DNA of 64,000 bases, taken from the NCBI GenBank assembly GCA_036446035.1, contig JAZFSG010000046.1:5283-69282 (forward strand). The letters run 5' to 3'. How positions within the stretch are numbered: the stretch's first letter is position 1; every line of letters begins with the position of its first letter. The stretch is from Acidimicrobiia bacterium (GTDB lineage Bacteria; Actinomycetota; Acidimicrobiia; Spongiisociales; JAOTWH01). A program made the translations under genes and the position numbers. The notes under the pieces were generated by a model. That model saw nothing but the letters and a program-made list of their open reading frames with translations, had not been told where the DNA came from and did no database searches. Shown here piece after piece: positions 20,424-28,477 of the stretch.

Positions 20424-22107
20424 TGGCCGGCGAGTCGATAGTCACTGCGATGACGATTCGCGGATCCTCGACCGGAGCGAACCCAACGAAACTGGCGACG
20501 ACGTCGTCGCCGTAACGCCCCTCATCTTCCAAGAACTTCTCGGTCGTGCCCGTCTTCCCTCCGACCCGATAGCCCGCGATGGCAGCACCGGTACCAGTGC
20601 CCTTCTCCACGACGCCGGCAAGCATCAGCCGCATCTCCGCGGCCGTTGTCGACGAGATCACTCGGCGCTCGCTGGCACTCGACTCAGTGATCTCACCGTT
20701 GGCGCCGACCAACTCCTTGATCAGGGTCGGCCGGAGCCAGGTGCCGTCGTTGGCTATCACTCCGAAGACGGAGGCCATCTGAAGAGCTGTCGCCGACACC
20801 CGATATCCGATGGCGGTCGAGGCTCCGCAAACATTGGGACACCACTCCTCGAGGGGGTACACCTTGCCACTCGCCTCGCCGGGAAAGCCGACCCCGGATG
20901 GGGAACCGAGACCGAACTCGACCATGTACCTGTGAAGGGCTTCGTTGCCGAGCTCTTGCTGAATCAGGATCGTCCCGACATTGGATGAGTAGGCGACGAT
21001 GTCAGAGACCGACAGAGATTCGTTGAGCGTCTTCGAGACGTCGCGGTAGGTCTTGTCGTCTATTACCAGCTCGGACGGGATGTCGAACATGTCAGCGGGG
21101 CGCACCACGCCGGCATCCAGAGCAGCGGCGACGGTGACGAGCTTGTGTGTCGAACCGGGCTCGTAGATATCAACGATGGCCCGGTTGCGAAACGCCTCGG
21201 GATCGGCGTTGGCAAAGTCGTTGGGATCGAACGTCGGCAGGTTAGCCATCGCCAGGATCTCGCCGGTGCGGGGGTCGAGCACGACAACAGAGCCACCGAT
21301 GGCGTCGGACGCCTCAACAGCGCGGGCAAGAGCTACCTCGGCTTCGTACTGGATCTCCCTGTCGATCGTGAGCACCACATCGCGGCCACGGACTGCCGGG
21401 ACGATGTCGTACTGGCCGAGCGGGATGATGACGCCTCCCGAAGCGGCCCTCTCTCCGACCAGCTCCCCCGGTGTCCCGCGTAGCAGATCGTTGAGTGCGA
21501 ACTCGACGCCCTCGAGCCCCTCGTTGTCGTCGCTGCGGACGAAACCGAGAATGTGGGCGGCCAGAGGCCCGGACGGGTAGATGCGAGCAGGCTCTGGGGT
21601 AAAGAACAGCCCCGGTATCGCGAGCTCCTCGATGCGCTCGGCGTCCTCTCGCTCCAACTGGCGGGACAGGTATGTGAAAGAGGTGTCTGAGGCCAGCCGA
21701 GCGGCCAGCTCGGTCGTGTCGAGGCCGAGGAGCGGTGCGATGAGGGCTGCGGTCGCTTCTGGGCCGGCGATGAGGCGGGGATCGGCGTATACGGTCACCG
21801 CGTCGATCGTCACCGCCAGCTCGTGGCCATCCCTGTCGAATATCGTGCCACGGTCGGCCGCAAGCACCTCGGTGACGTGACGTTGATCGCGACCGCGCTC
21901 GGCGTACTCATCGGCATGCACCACCTGAACCTCGAACAGTCGAAGTCCCGTGCCAACCCATGCTGCGAGGATCAGTACGGCGACCGAGACGATCCTCGCC
22001 CTGGGAGCGCGCCGCGTTGGGCGGCCCACAGCTACACCTGCAGTCGGACCGAATAGCCCCCAAGCCATCGGTCGCCAGCGCTCGACCACGTTGTCATGGT
22101 TGGGCAC
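20332..22107 (-). CDS. ftsI: class B penicillin-binding protein (FtsI/PBP3-like transpeptidase)
   Basis: N-terminal TM segment, PBP dimerisation domain, and a transpeptidase domain carrying the STHK (SxxK) motif in YEPGSTHKLVT, plus SSN and KTGT. Confidence 0.9.
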   Translation of the reverse strand: MPNHDNVVERWRPMAWGLFGPTAGVAVGRPTRRAPRARIVSVAVLILAAWVGTGLRLFEVQVVHADEYAERGRDQRHVTEVLAADRGTIFDRDGHELAVTIDAVTVYADPRLIAGPEATAALIAPLLGLDTTELAARLASDTSFTYLSRQLEREDAERIEELAIPGLFFTPEPARIYPSGPLAAHILGFVRSDDNEGLEGVEFALNDLLRGTPGELVGERAASGGVIIPLGQYDIVPAVRGRDVVLTIDREIQYEAEVALARAVEASDAIGGSVVVLDPRTGEILAMANLPTFDPNDFANADPEAFRNRAIVDIYEPGSTHKLVTVAAALDAGVVRPADMFDIPSELVIDDKTYRDVSKTLNESLSVSDIVAYSSNVGTILIQQELGNEALHRYMVEFGLGSPSGVGFPGEASGKVYPLEEWCPNVCGASTAIGYRVSATALQMASVFGVIANDGTWLRPTLIKELVGANGEITESSASERRVISSTTAAEMRLMLAGVVEKGTGTGAAIAGYRVGGKTGTTEKFLEDEGRYGDDVVASFVGFAPVEDPRIVIAVTIDSPANGEFGGDIAAPVVGEIALSALHQLGVPPSG

Positions 22108-22492
22108 TCAGCAAGGGCTTGAGCTCCAACCAGTTCTCGTCTACCTCAGCGGCTCCTGAATCGACCCCCACAGCCTCGACAGGTATCCGCGCCGTCGGCA
22201 GAACAAGGCCCATCCCCTCCGCCGCGCGGATGACGCGCTGCGGCGACTCAAGGCGGGCCACCTCGAGTCGGAGTTCCCAATACCGGGATTCGGTCTCGTT
22301 GATCTGATTATCGAGATCGTTGAGAGCGAAGGCCGACCGGTCCAGGAGGACTCTCGAGTAGATCAGCGACATGAAAGCCAGCACGGCCGTCAGCGTGAAC
22401 ACCACCCAGCCCCGCAGCCGAACACGACGGACAGGTCTGTCGACGACGAGCTCGAGGCCCTTCGGCCGGAGTATCTGGGGCAGGGCCGTCAT
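22094..22492 (-). CDS. ftsL: FtsL-like cell division protein (septum formation initiator family)
   Basis: A 132-aa protein with a single TM segment and a coiled-coil, in the conserved position between rsmH and ftsI. Confidence 0.65.
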   Translation of the reverse strand: MTALPQILRPKGLELVVDRPVRRVRLRGWVVFTLTAVLAFMSLIYSRVLLDRSAFALNDLDNQINETESRYWELRLEVARLESPQRVIRAAEGMGLVLPTARIPVEAVGVDSGAAEVDENWLELKPLLSAQP

Positions 22493-23409
22493 GCGGCGTC
22501 CAGTGGATCGGCCCTCTCGGCGGCCCTCAGCCTGGCACTACGGGCCCTGCGGTTGATCTCGATCTCGGCGTCCGTTGCCCCGACACTGCTGCGCGTCAGT
22601 AGTCGGAGCTCAGCAACGGTCCCGCATCCGCATACCGGCAGCTCGGGGGGGCAAACGCACCCGATGGCACCGGCAGTGAATCGCTTCTTCACCAACCTGT
22701 CCTCTAGCGAGTGGTACGAGATCACGACGATGCGACCTCCGACTCGGAGCCGGCGAATCGCGACGTCGAGTCCCGCTTCGAGCGCTCCGAGCTCGTCGTT
22801 GGCGGCGATACGGATCGCCTGGAACGATCGCCTTGCCGGATGACCTCTCCGGCGGGCCGGGGCCGGTACGGCGTCCGCAACGACCTCGGCCAACCGGGTG
22901 GTGTCTTCGATGGGTCGAGCGGCGACGATGGCTCTGGCGATGCGCCGCGCGAACCGCTCTTCCCCAAATCTGGAGATGATGCCTCGGAGATCCGACTCAG
23001 ATGCGGTGTTGACCAGGTCAGACGCGGTCGAGAGTGCGTCGGGTCCCATGCGCATGTCGAGGGGACCGGAAGCGTGATATGAGAAGCCTCGGTCGGCATC
23101 GTCGAGCTGGTCAGACGACAGCCCCAGGTCGAAGACGGCGCCAGCGAGTTCATCGACTCCCTCTTGGTCCAGCACCGACTCCAACTCGGCGAAGTTGGCG
23201 ATCACCAGCCGAGTCCGAGGCACTTGGCAGGTGACGGACGGGTCGCGATCTAGAGCCAGGATCTGGACGCCTGGGATCGACTCGACGAGTGCCCGGGTGT
23301 GCCCGCCTGCGCCGAACGTGGCGTCCAGCACCAGGCCGCTCTCGATCGGCGCCAAGAGGTCCACGACCTCCGACGTCATCACCGATAAATGGTGGGGCTT
23401 CTGGTGCAT
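22489..23409 (-). CDS. rsmH: 16S rRNA (cytosine1402-N4)-methyltransferase RsmH (MraW)
   Basis: H-PVL-EV-like N-terminus (HLSVMTSEVVDLL), DATFGAGGH SAM-binding motif, and a C-terminal MraW domain. The start was trimmed to MHQKPHH; the ORF track begins at 23469. Confidence 0.9.
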   Translation of the reverse strand: MHQKPHHLSVMTSEVVDLLAPIESGLVLDATFGAGGHTRALVESIPGVQILALDRDPSVTCQVPRTRLVIANFAELESVLDQEGVDELAGAVFDLGLSSDQLDDADRGFSYHASGPLDMRMGPDALSTASDLVNTASESDLRGIISRFGEERFARRIARAIVAARPIEDTTRLAEVVADAVPAPARRRGHPARRSFQAIRIAANDELGALEAGLDVAIRRLRVGGRIVVISYHSLEDRLVKKRFTAGAIGCVCPPELPVCGCGTVAELRLLTRSSVGATDAEIEINRRARSARLRAAERADPLDAA

Positions 23410-23505
23410 GATCAGCCCCCCGGAGCGCTGGCGCCAACATGGAAGCGGGCGGAGTAAGGGGCCTTCCATATGGCATCCGGGGGGCTGAGCATGAACCAGA
23501 CATCC

Positions 23506-23937
23506 TCAGATTCCTTCATCGCTGAGTTGTTCACCGATAGCTGCGTAGTACTCGTCAGCCTCAGCCGACAGGCGAGTCCAGGCTTCGCTCGACCAGATCT
23601 CGACTCGGTCGGCGACGCCAACGACCGTTGCTTCCTTCTCTAGCGATGCGTACGACCTCAGGCCGGGAGGGATGGCGATCCTTCCCTGTCCGTCGGGCAC
23701 CTGATCGCTGGCTCCCGCGAAGAAGGAGCGGGCGAAGTTGCGAGCCCGGCGGTCGGTGCGAGGCAACTTGTTCACCTTTTCGACCTCCGCTTCCCAGCGA
23801 GCGGCGGGGAAGACGTAGAGGCAGTGCTCCTGGCCCTTGGTGATGAAACACCCTGAAGCGAGCGCGTCTCGGAACTTGCGTGGCAGGACCATGCGGCCCT
23901 TCTCATCCAGATTGTGTTGGAACTCTCCCAAGAACAC
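23506..23937 (-). CDS. mraZ: transcriptional regulator MraZ
   Basis: MFLGEFQHNLDEKGR-VLP start and duplicated MraZ/SpoVT-AbrB domains. GTG start. Confidence 0.9.
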   Translation of the reverse strand: MFLGEFQHNLDEKGRMVLPRKFRDALASGCFITKGQEHCLYVFPAARWEAEVEKVNKLPRTDRRARNFARSFFAGASDQVPDGQGRIAIPPGLRSYASLEKEATVVGVADRVEIWSSEAWTRLSAEADEYYAAIGEQLSDEGI

Positions 23938-23959
23938 AGCGTCGCCTCATACATAGCGG

Positions 23960-24010
23960 GTCCTCCAGCGTCCCCACTTTGCCCCATTTGATGACCCTTG
24001 TCAACCACTT
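23960..24010 (-). promoter_or_regulatory. Putative MraZ operator / mraZ promoter: five G-rich direct repeats at ~10-11 bp spacing plus a TTGACA hexamer
   Basis: The minus-strand sequence is aaGTGGttgacaaGGGTCatcaaaTGGGGcaaaGTGGGGacgcTGGAGgac, 25-75 nt upstream of the mraZ GTG. MraZ is known to bind direct TGGG/GTGGG repeats at helical-turn spacing upstream of its own gene. Confidence 0.5.
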
Positions 24011-24075
24011 TCCTCCCCTTCGTGTCCAAGCTCTCCCCCGGGCCGCCACTTGATGGAGTTCGATAGCCTCCTCAT

Positions 24076-24840
24076 GTGAAGGCACCAGTGGTGATCGTGG
24101 GAATCGGTGAGCTGGCGGGGCCATTCGCACTGGGCTTCCTCCGCCTCGGCCATCCTGTTCATCCGGTTACGCGCCACACCGACCGGGACGAGGCGGCGGC
24201 GATGCTCCCGGCCACCGATATCACGCTGGTGACCGTGCGCGAGGCCGACCTCGACGCTCTCTTGGCTTCGCTCCCGGCTCCGTGGCGACACCACGTCGGA
24301 CTTGTGCAGAACGATCTCCTGCCTGCCGACTGGGAGCGTCATCAGCTCAACCCGACGATCGCCGTCGTGTGGTTCGAGAAGAAGCGAGGAGTCGCCCCCA
24401 AGATCATCAAGCCAACGATCGTTGGCGGACCACGAGCCGATCTCGTCGTGTCTGCGCTAGAGGCCGCCGACATCCCAGCGGTGGCTGCGCTCTCAGATGC
24501 GTCGCTGCTGAACGCTCTTGTCGCCAAGAACCTTTACATAGGAGTCGCCAACATCGGCGGCCTCGCCGTCCCGCCCGGCACCACTGTCGGATCCTTGTGG
24601 TCCGACCATCGGGCGCTTGCCGAAGACGTGGTTTCTGACGTACTCGATCTCCAGGAGGCCCTCGTCGGACAAACGCTGGAACGCGACACCCTGATCAAGG
24701 ACATGACTGAGAGTTTCAACGCGGACCCCGAGCACGGAGCCACGGGCAGGAGCGCTCCGCAGCGGTTGGAGAGAGCCATCGCACAGGCAACCGAACTCGA
24801 GATCGACGTAACAACGCTGCGCCGCATTGCAGGCGTCTAG
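24076..24840 (+). CDS. NAD(P)-binding Rossmann-fold protein (ketopantoate reductase PanE/ApbA-like), 254 aa
   Basis: N-terminal VVIVGIGELAG dinucleotide-binding motif and a C-terminal region with GxxTE-like ApbA_C character. The function is uncertain. It ends at a TAG that is followed in-frame by a USP-like segment. Confidence 0.5.
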   Translation: MKAPVVIVGIGELAGPFALGFLRLGHPVHPVTRHTDRDEAAAMLPATDITLVTVREADLDALLASLPAPWRHHVGLVQNDLLPADWERHQLNPTIAVVWFEKKRGVAPKIIKPTIVGGPRADLVVSALEAADIPAVAALSDASLLNALVAKNLYIGVANIGGLAVPPGTTVGSLWSDHRALAEDVVSDVLDLQEALVGQTLERDTLIKDMTESFNADPEHGATGRSAPQRLERAIAQATELEIDVTTLRRIAGV

Positions 24841-25020
24841 GCCGACCGCATCAAGACAGTCATTGCCACTGATGGCTCGTTGGCCGCACTCGAAGAGCAT
24901 GCTCCTGGGGTCGTCGTCGCAGCAGCGACGGGCCGCGGCCTCTTCCAGGGGCTACTCGGCTCGACCAGCACCAAGCTCATGCGCCTTGCTCCCTGCCCGG
25001 TTCTACTGATCCGCGGCTGA
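24841..25020 (+). pseudogene. Universal stress protein (UspA)-like remnant with an internal deletion and no start codon
   Basis: The translation ADRIKTVIATDGSLAALEEHAPGVVVAAATGRGLFQGLLGSTSTKLMRLAPCPVLLIRG* joins the USP N-terminal motif (ILVAVDGS) and the C-terminal ATP-binding motif (GSRG-GG---LLGSV---V-HA-CPVLVVR), with ~80 central residues missing. It is in-frame directly after the TAG of the preceding gene. Confidence 0.4.
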
Positions 25021-25133
25021 TCCTCCGACTTCGTGGTTGACTGCGACGGCGGTGCGTGGTGACTGCACTTTTCTGCTCAACCGTCAGGCGCTGCCAGCCG
25101 AAGTGCTGATTAGGCTCCAAACAGATCGCGATC

Positions 25134-26687
25134 ATGATGTCCCGGTTCACCCTCCGTCGAGTATCTCCGCTGCTAGCCCTCGCCACCGCAGCAGCCTTCA
25201 CCCTTGCGCTCGCTCCCGCCCAGGCGCAGTCCGGAGATGCTCCGTCCGAGGAAACAACGGCAGTCGCCACTGCAGCCGCCCCTGCGGCGCTGCTGCAGAT
25301 CGCCCGTAGCGACACACTCACGACCGGCACGTGGGACATGGCGGTTGGCGACGTCTTCGCCGCGATATCGCCGATTCGCCGCGGCTACACCGAGGTCCGG
25401 ATCGGACTCAACATGACGAACATCGGCGACACCGACGCCGGCTATCGCATCGATGGCTTCTTCACGGATCCGACATACCCTCGCCTCAGCCTCATCGACG
25501 CCAACGGCACGAAATACCGCCTCCTCCCCGTGCACAGCACCCGAGGACTGCTTCCGGGGTCGACGCTCTCGACGGTTCCATCGGGCATGACGGCGCGATG
25601 GACCGTTGGCTTTCAGGTTCCGACCGCATACGCCAGCGACCTAGAACTCGCTGTAGCCGGCACCGAAGGCAGCGTGGCTTTCGATCTCTCGTCGGCAGCC
25701 GGTGGTGCAACGACCGAACAGCCGGCGAACATGTTGGCGGTCTCGATCGGCGATGAAATCCCGTGGGGGGATGCGCTGTCCGTTTCGGCTTTCGATCACG
25801 GTTCGCTGGTATGCGGCGATCCCAACACCCAGCTGGCGGCGCAGATCGTCGCGGTTGGGTTCGAGGTCGGCAATAGAACATTGTCCGACGCCGACTGGCC
25901 CGGTGTCCGGTTTCCAGAGAACCTGGCCATCGCTCAATGGGCCGACGGAGGGTCCGCCAGGATGGCTTTCGAGACCTTCGCGGGAGATTTCGACCCACTC
26001 TTGAAGTGGGCGGAGGATGCTGTCCGCATCCCCGCCGGTGGCGATGGGGTGAGCGCGTCCGACACTTACAAGCGAGCGATGCTGTTCGCGGTTCCCCGTG
26101 ACGCCAGGCTCGGCGACAACACGGTCGATGATGCCCCCATCGGGATATGGCTGCAGCCGGAAGGCACCGACGCGGTGTGGCTTGAGCTCGACGGAGCAGG
26201 CACCCTGGCCATCAGCCCGACGCTCTGTGACGAGGGCAACTTCAGCTTCGCCATCCCCCACTCCTTCAGTCCAGGCACCGACTTCGTCGTCGGCCTCTCC
26301 GACCCCGCCCCCGACCCGACAGCCCAGGACTTCGCGGCCACGCAGCTCTTGAACGAGGCGCTTGTCGTCGCCGGCAACTTCCGAGCCAGTCACGGTGACA
26401 GCTACGCAGGAATGACGGCAGGCGGTCTGGCGGAGTTGTGGAACGGCGTCACCTACGACAACGGATTCGTCGGCAGTGTTGGCACCGTTGGCGTAACCAC
26501 CGACGTGCTCGAATCCGGCGAAGTCTTGGGGATCTTGGTGACGGAGAGCGCCAGCGGGACATTCTTCTGCCTGGCGGACGCAGGTGGAACGGTCATTAGC
26601 CAATTTGCCGGATCTCTGGCGGAGCTCGAGGAGTTGTGTGGTCCGACACCCGACCCAGTCGAAGAGGCACCCGCCGAGGAAGGCTAG
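25134..26687 (+). CDS. secreted hypothetical protein (517 aa) with a Sec signal peptide
   Basis: N-terminal signal peptide (LALATAAAFTLALAPAQA/QS) and high GC3. No recognisable catalytic motif; possibly two repeated beta-rich domains. Confidence 0.6.
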   Translation: MMSRFTLRRVSPLLALATAAAFTLALAPAQAQSGDAPSEETTAVATAAAPAALLQIARSDTLTTGTWDMAVGDVFAAISPIRRGYTEVRIGLNMTNIGDTDAGYRIDGFFTDPTYPRLSLIDANGTKYRLLPVHSTRGLLPGSTLSTVPSGMTARWTVGFQVPTAYASDLELAVAGTEGSVAFDLSSAAGGATTEQPANMLAVSIGDEIPWGDALSVSAFDHGSLVCGDPNTQLAAQIVAVGFEVGNRTLSDADWPGVRFPENLAIAQWADGGSARMAFETFAGDFDPLLKWAEDAVRIPAGGDGVSASDTYKRAMLFAVPRDARLGDNTVDDAPIGIWLQPEGTDAVWLELDGAGTLAISPTLCDEGNFSFAIPHSFSPGTDFVVGLSDPAPDPTAQDFAATQLLNEALVVAGNFRASHGDSYAGMTAGGLAELWNGVTYDNGFVGSVGTVGVTTDVLESGEVLGILVTESASGTFFCLADAGGTVISQFAGSLAELEELCGPTPDPVEEAPAEEG

Positions 26688-27229
26688 AAACCCTCGAAGA
26701 GGTATGGCGCCCACGACGGATGCGGCGTACCTCCGATAGTCACAAAGATCCAGCCGTGACGGCGCGGCGCCCGCGGTGGCCGCTGCAGGGATAGTCCAGA
26801 TCCGGCAAGCGAGCGGTTGCCTTTACGGGTATTGCACCTTCGGCACGCCGCAACGACGTTCTCCCACCTGTGCTCGCCGCCTCTCGAACGGGGAACGACG
26901 TGATCGATGTTCTCCGCTTCCCCGCCGCAGTACTGACACTTCCCCTCGTCCCTGGCGAAGATCGCACGACGATTCAGCGGAACCCGCCGGTTGTATGGAA
27001 CGCGCACGAAGGTGCGCAGGCGGATGACGGTGGGGACAGGAAGCGCCACAGAGGCGGCTCGGAATGATCCCTCGCTCTCTCCGACCATGTCGGCTTTCTC
27101 CTTGAGGACGAGCACGACGGCTCGCCGCGCCGACACTACGGACAGCGGCTCGTAAGTGGCATTGAGCACCAGAGCACGTCCCACGCCGGCGAGAGTACCA
27201 CCGGCCGCTGGCCGCCCCAGCCCCGACAC
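26684..27229 (-). CDS. HNH endonuclease family protein
   Basis: CQYCGGEAENIDHVVPRSRGGEHRWENVVAACRRCNTRKGNR is a canonical HNH motif with CxxC...CxxC zinc ligands. The N-terminal VLNATYEPL block is typical of the conserved actinobacterial HNH family. Confidence 0.85.
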   Translation of the reverse strand: MSGLGRPAAGGTLAGVGRALVLNATYEPLSVVSARRAVVLVLKEKADMVGESEGSFRAASVALPVPTVIRLRTFVRVPYNRRVPLNRRAIFARDEGKCQYCGGEAENIDHVVPRSRGGEHRWENVVAACRRCNTRKGNRSLAGSGLSLQRPPRAPRRHGWIFVTIGGTPHPSWAPYLFEGF

Positions 27230-27293
27230 AGAGCGTCAGTTGTTGACGCACTGTGTGGGCGAGGCCACACTAGGCGGAACAAGAGGTCCACCT

Positions 27294-27800
27294 GTGCGTC
27301 TGGTCGGCTATGTCAGAGAGAGCGCTGCTCCATCCGAGAGCGATTCGGCTTATGCCCAGTCGGATCGGATTAGGCGCGCGTCTGCTGACGGCGGCCACTC
27401 ACTGGTCGCCGTTTGCCAAGATGTCCCGCGTCCCGGCCTCGAGCAGAGTCGCGACGGCTACCTGGCCCTGCTGGGCGTTGTCGATGCCGGACAGGTGGAC
27501 GGTGTCGTCGTCAGCTCGCTGAGCGCTCTTTCCACAGACATGATGTCTCAGGAGGTAGCCATCTGGGATCTCCGTCGCCGGGGTGTCGTGGTCGTCTCGG
27601 CAGAGCCGGCTGAGGCAGCGGACCTCGCTCAGCCGCCCGAGGACCGCAGCCGCCTCCTCGTCCGAGAAGTTCTGGCTCGAGTGGACTCATACCGTTCGAG
27701 CCTCGGAAAGACGGTGCCGCCGGTGGCCGTCGACCAACCATCTCAAGACGTCACGATCGAATTGATCACGGCGCCGCGCCGTAAGAAGTCAAGCTCCTAG
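27294..27800 (+). CDS. standalone serine-recombinase (resolvase) catalytic-domain protein without a recognisable HTH
   Basis: VGYVRESAAPSE aligns to the resolvase Y-x-R-x-S nucleophile block, and the remainder aligns to PF00239 (RPGLEQSRDGYLALL, VDGVVVSSLSAL, GVVVVS). The conserved DRLSR arginines are replaced (SSLSALS) and no C-terminal HTH is seen. Start placed at the GTG behind an AAGAGG Shine-Dalgarno; the ORF track starts at 27156. Confidence 0.6.
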   Translation: MRLVGYVRESAAPSESDSAYAQSDRIRRASADGGHSLVAVCQDVPRPGLEQSRDGYLALLGVVDAGQVDGVVVSSLSALSTDMMSQEVAIWDLRRRGVVVVSAEPAEAADLAQPPEDRSRLLVREVLARVDSYRSSLGKTVPPVAVDQPSQDVTIELITAPRRKKSSS

Positions 27801-28394
27801 CGCCGCCGCCACCGCTCTTGCCACGGCGAACGCGAAGCCGGCGCCCATCACGGCTGCTCCTGCCACTCGACCGCCGGTTCCGGCATCCATGACCACCGTG
27901 ACCACCTCGGTCTCTGCGATGTGCTCTCGCCGATACTCGATGAGGACGGCTGATCGGTGACCGAATAGCTCTGCGGTCGCGATCGCTACCGCTTCGGCCA
28001 GCGGTTCCTCACCCCCGCGGCAGCGTTGGCTGGCGATGCGGCCATCGCTCGCCGTCACCGACACCTCGAGGCCCTTGGCGGTTTCGGTGACGGCGACGCC
28101 GGCGATCGTCGCCTCGACGACTGGGGCGACGACCGGGTCGGGAAGCGGAAAGTCGGGAAGCGCGACGAGCGGGGCGGGTGGAGGCGGTGGCGTCGTGCCC
28201 AACCGAGCCCTGACCCCGTGACGGATCATGACCTCTTGAACCGCCCTGCCGACGCCGTCTGCGTCTGCGTCTGTCTCCAGTCGCACCTTGACGCCGGTAA
28301 CCCCGGCGTCGCTGACAGAGACGTCTGCCCCCTCGACGCCGGCGATCGCAGTGAGTTCCTCGGTCAGGTCGGCCATGTTGTTGTCCACAAGCAC
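27789..28394 (-). CDS. hypothetical two-domain protein with a Pro-rich linker (201 aa)
   Basis: High GC3. The N-terminal 60 aa vaguely resemble Asp23/Gls24-like folds, followed by a PPPPPAP linker and a C-terminal hydrophobic/amphipathic segment. No confident family assignment. Confidence 0.45.
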   Translation of the reverse strand: MLVDNNMADLTEELTAIAGVEGADVSVSDAGVTGVKVRLETDADADGVGRAVQEVMIRHGVRARLGTTPPPPPAPLVALPDFPLPDPVVAPVVEATIAGVAVTETAKGLEVSVTASDGRIASQRCRGGEEPLAEAVAIATAELFGHRSAVLIEYRREHIAETEVVTVVMDAGTGGRVAGAAVMGAGFAFAVARAVAAALGA

Positions 28395-28477
28395 GATGCT
28401 AGGGCAGCACGCCCCACGCGGCGCACCTCTCGAAACCGGCTAATCTCGGGTGTCCCCCATATGCGAAGGAGCCCGGC

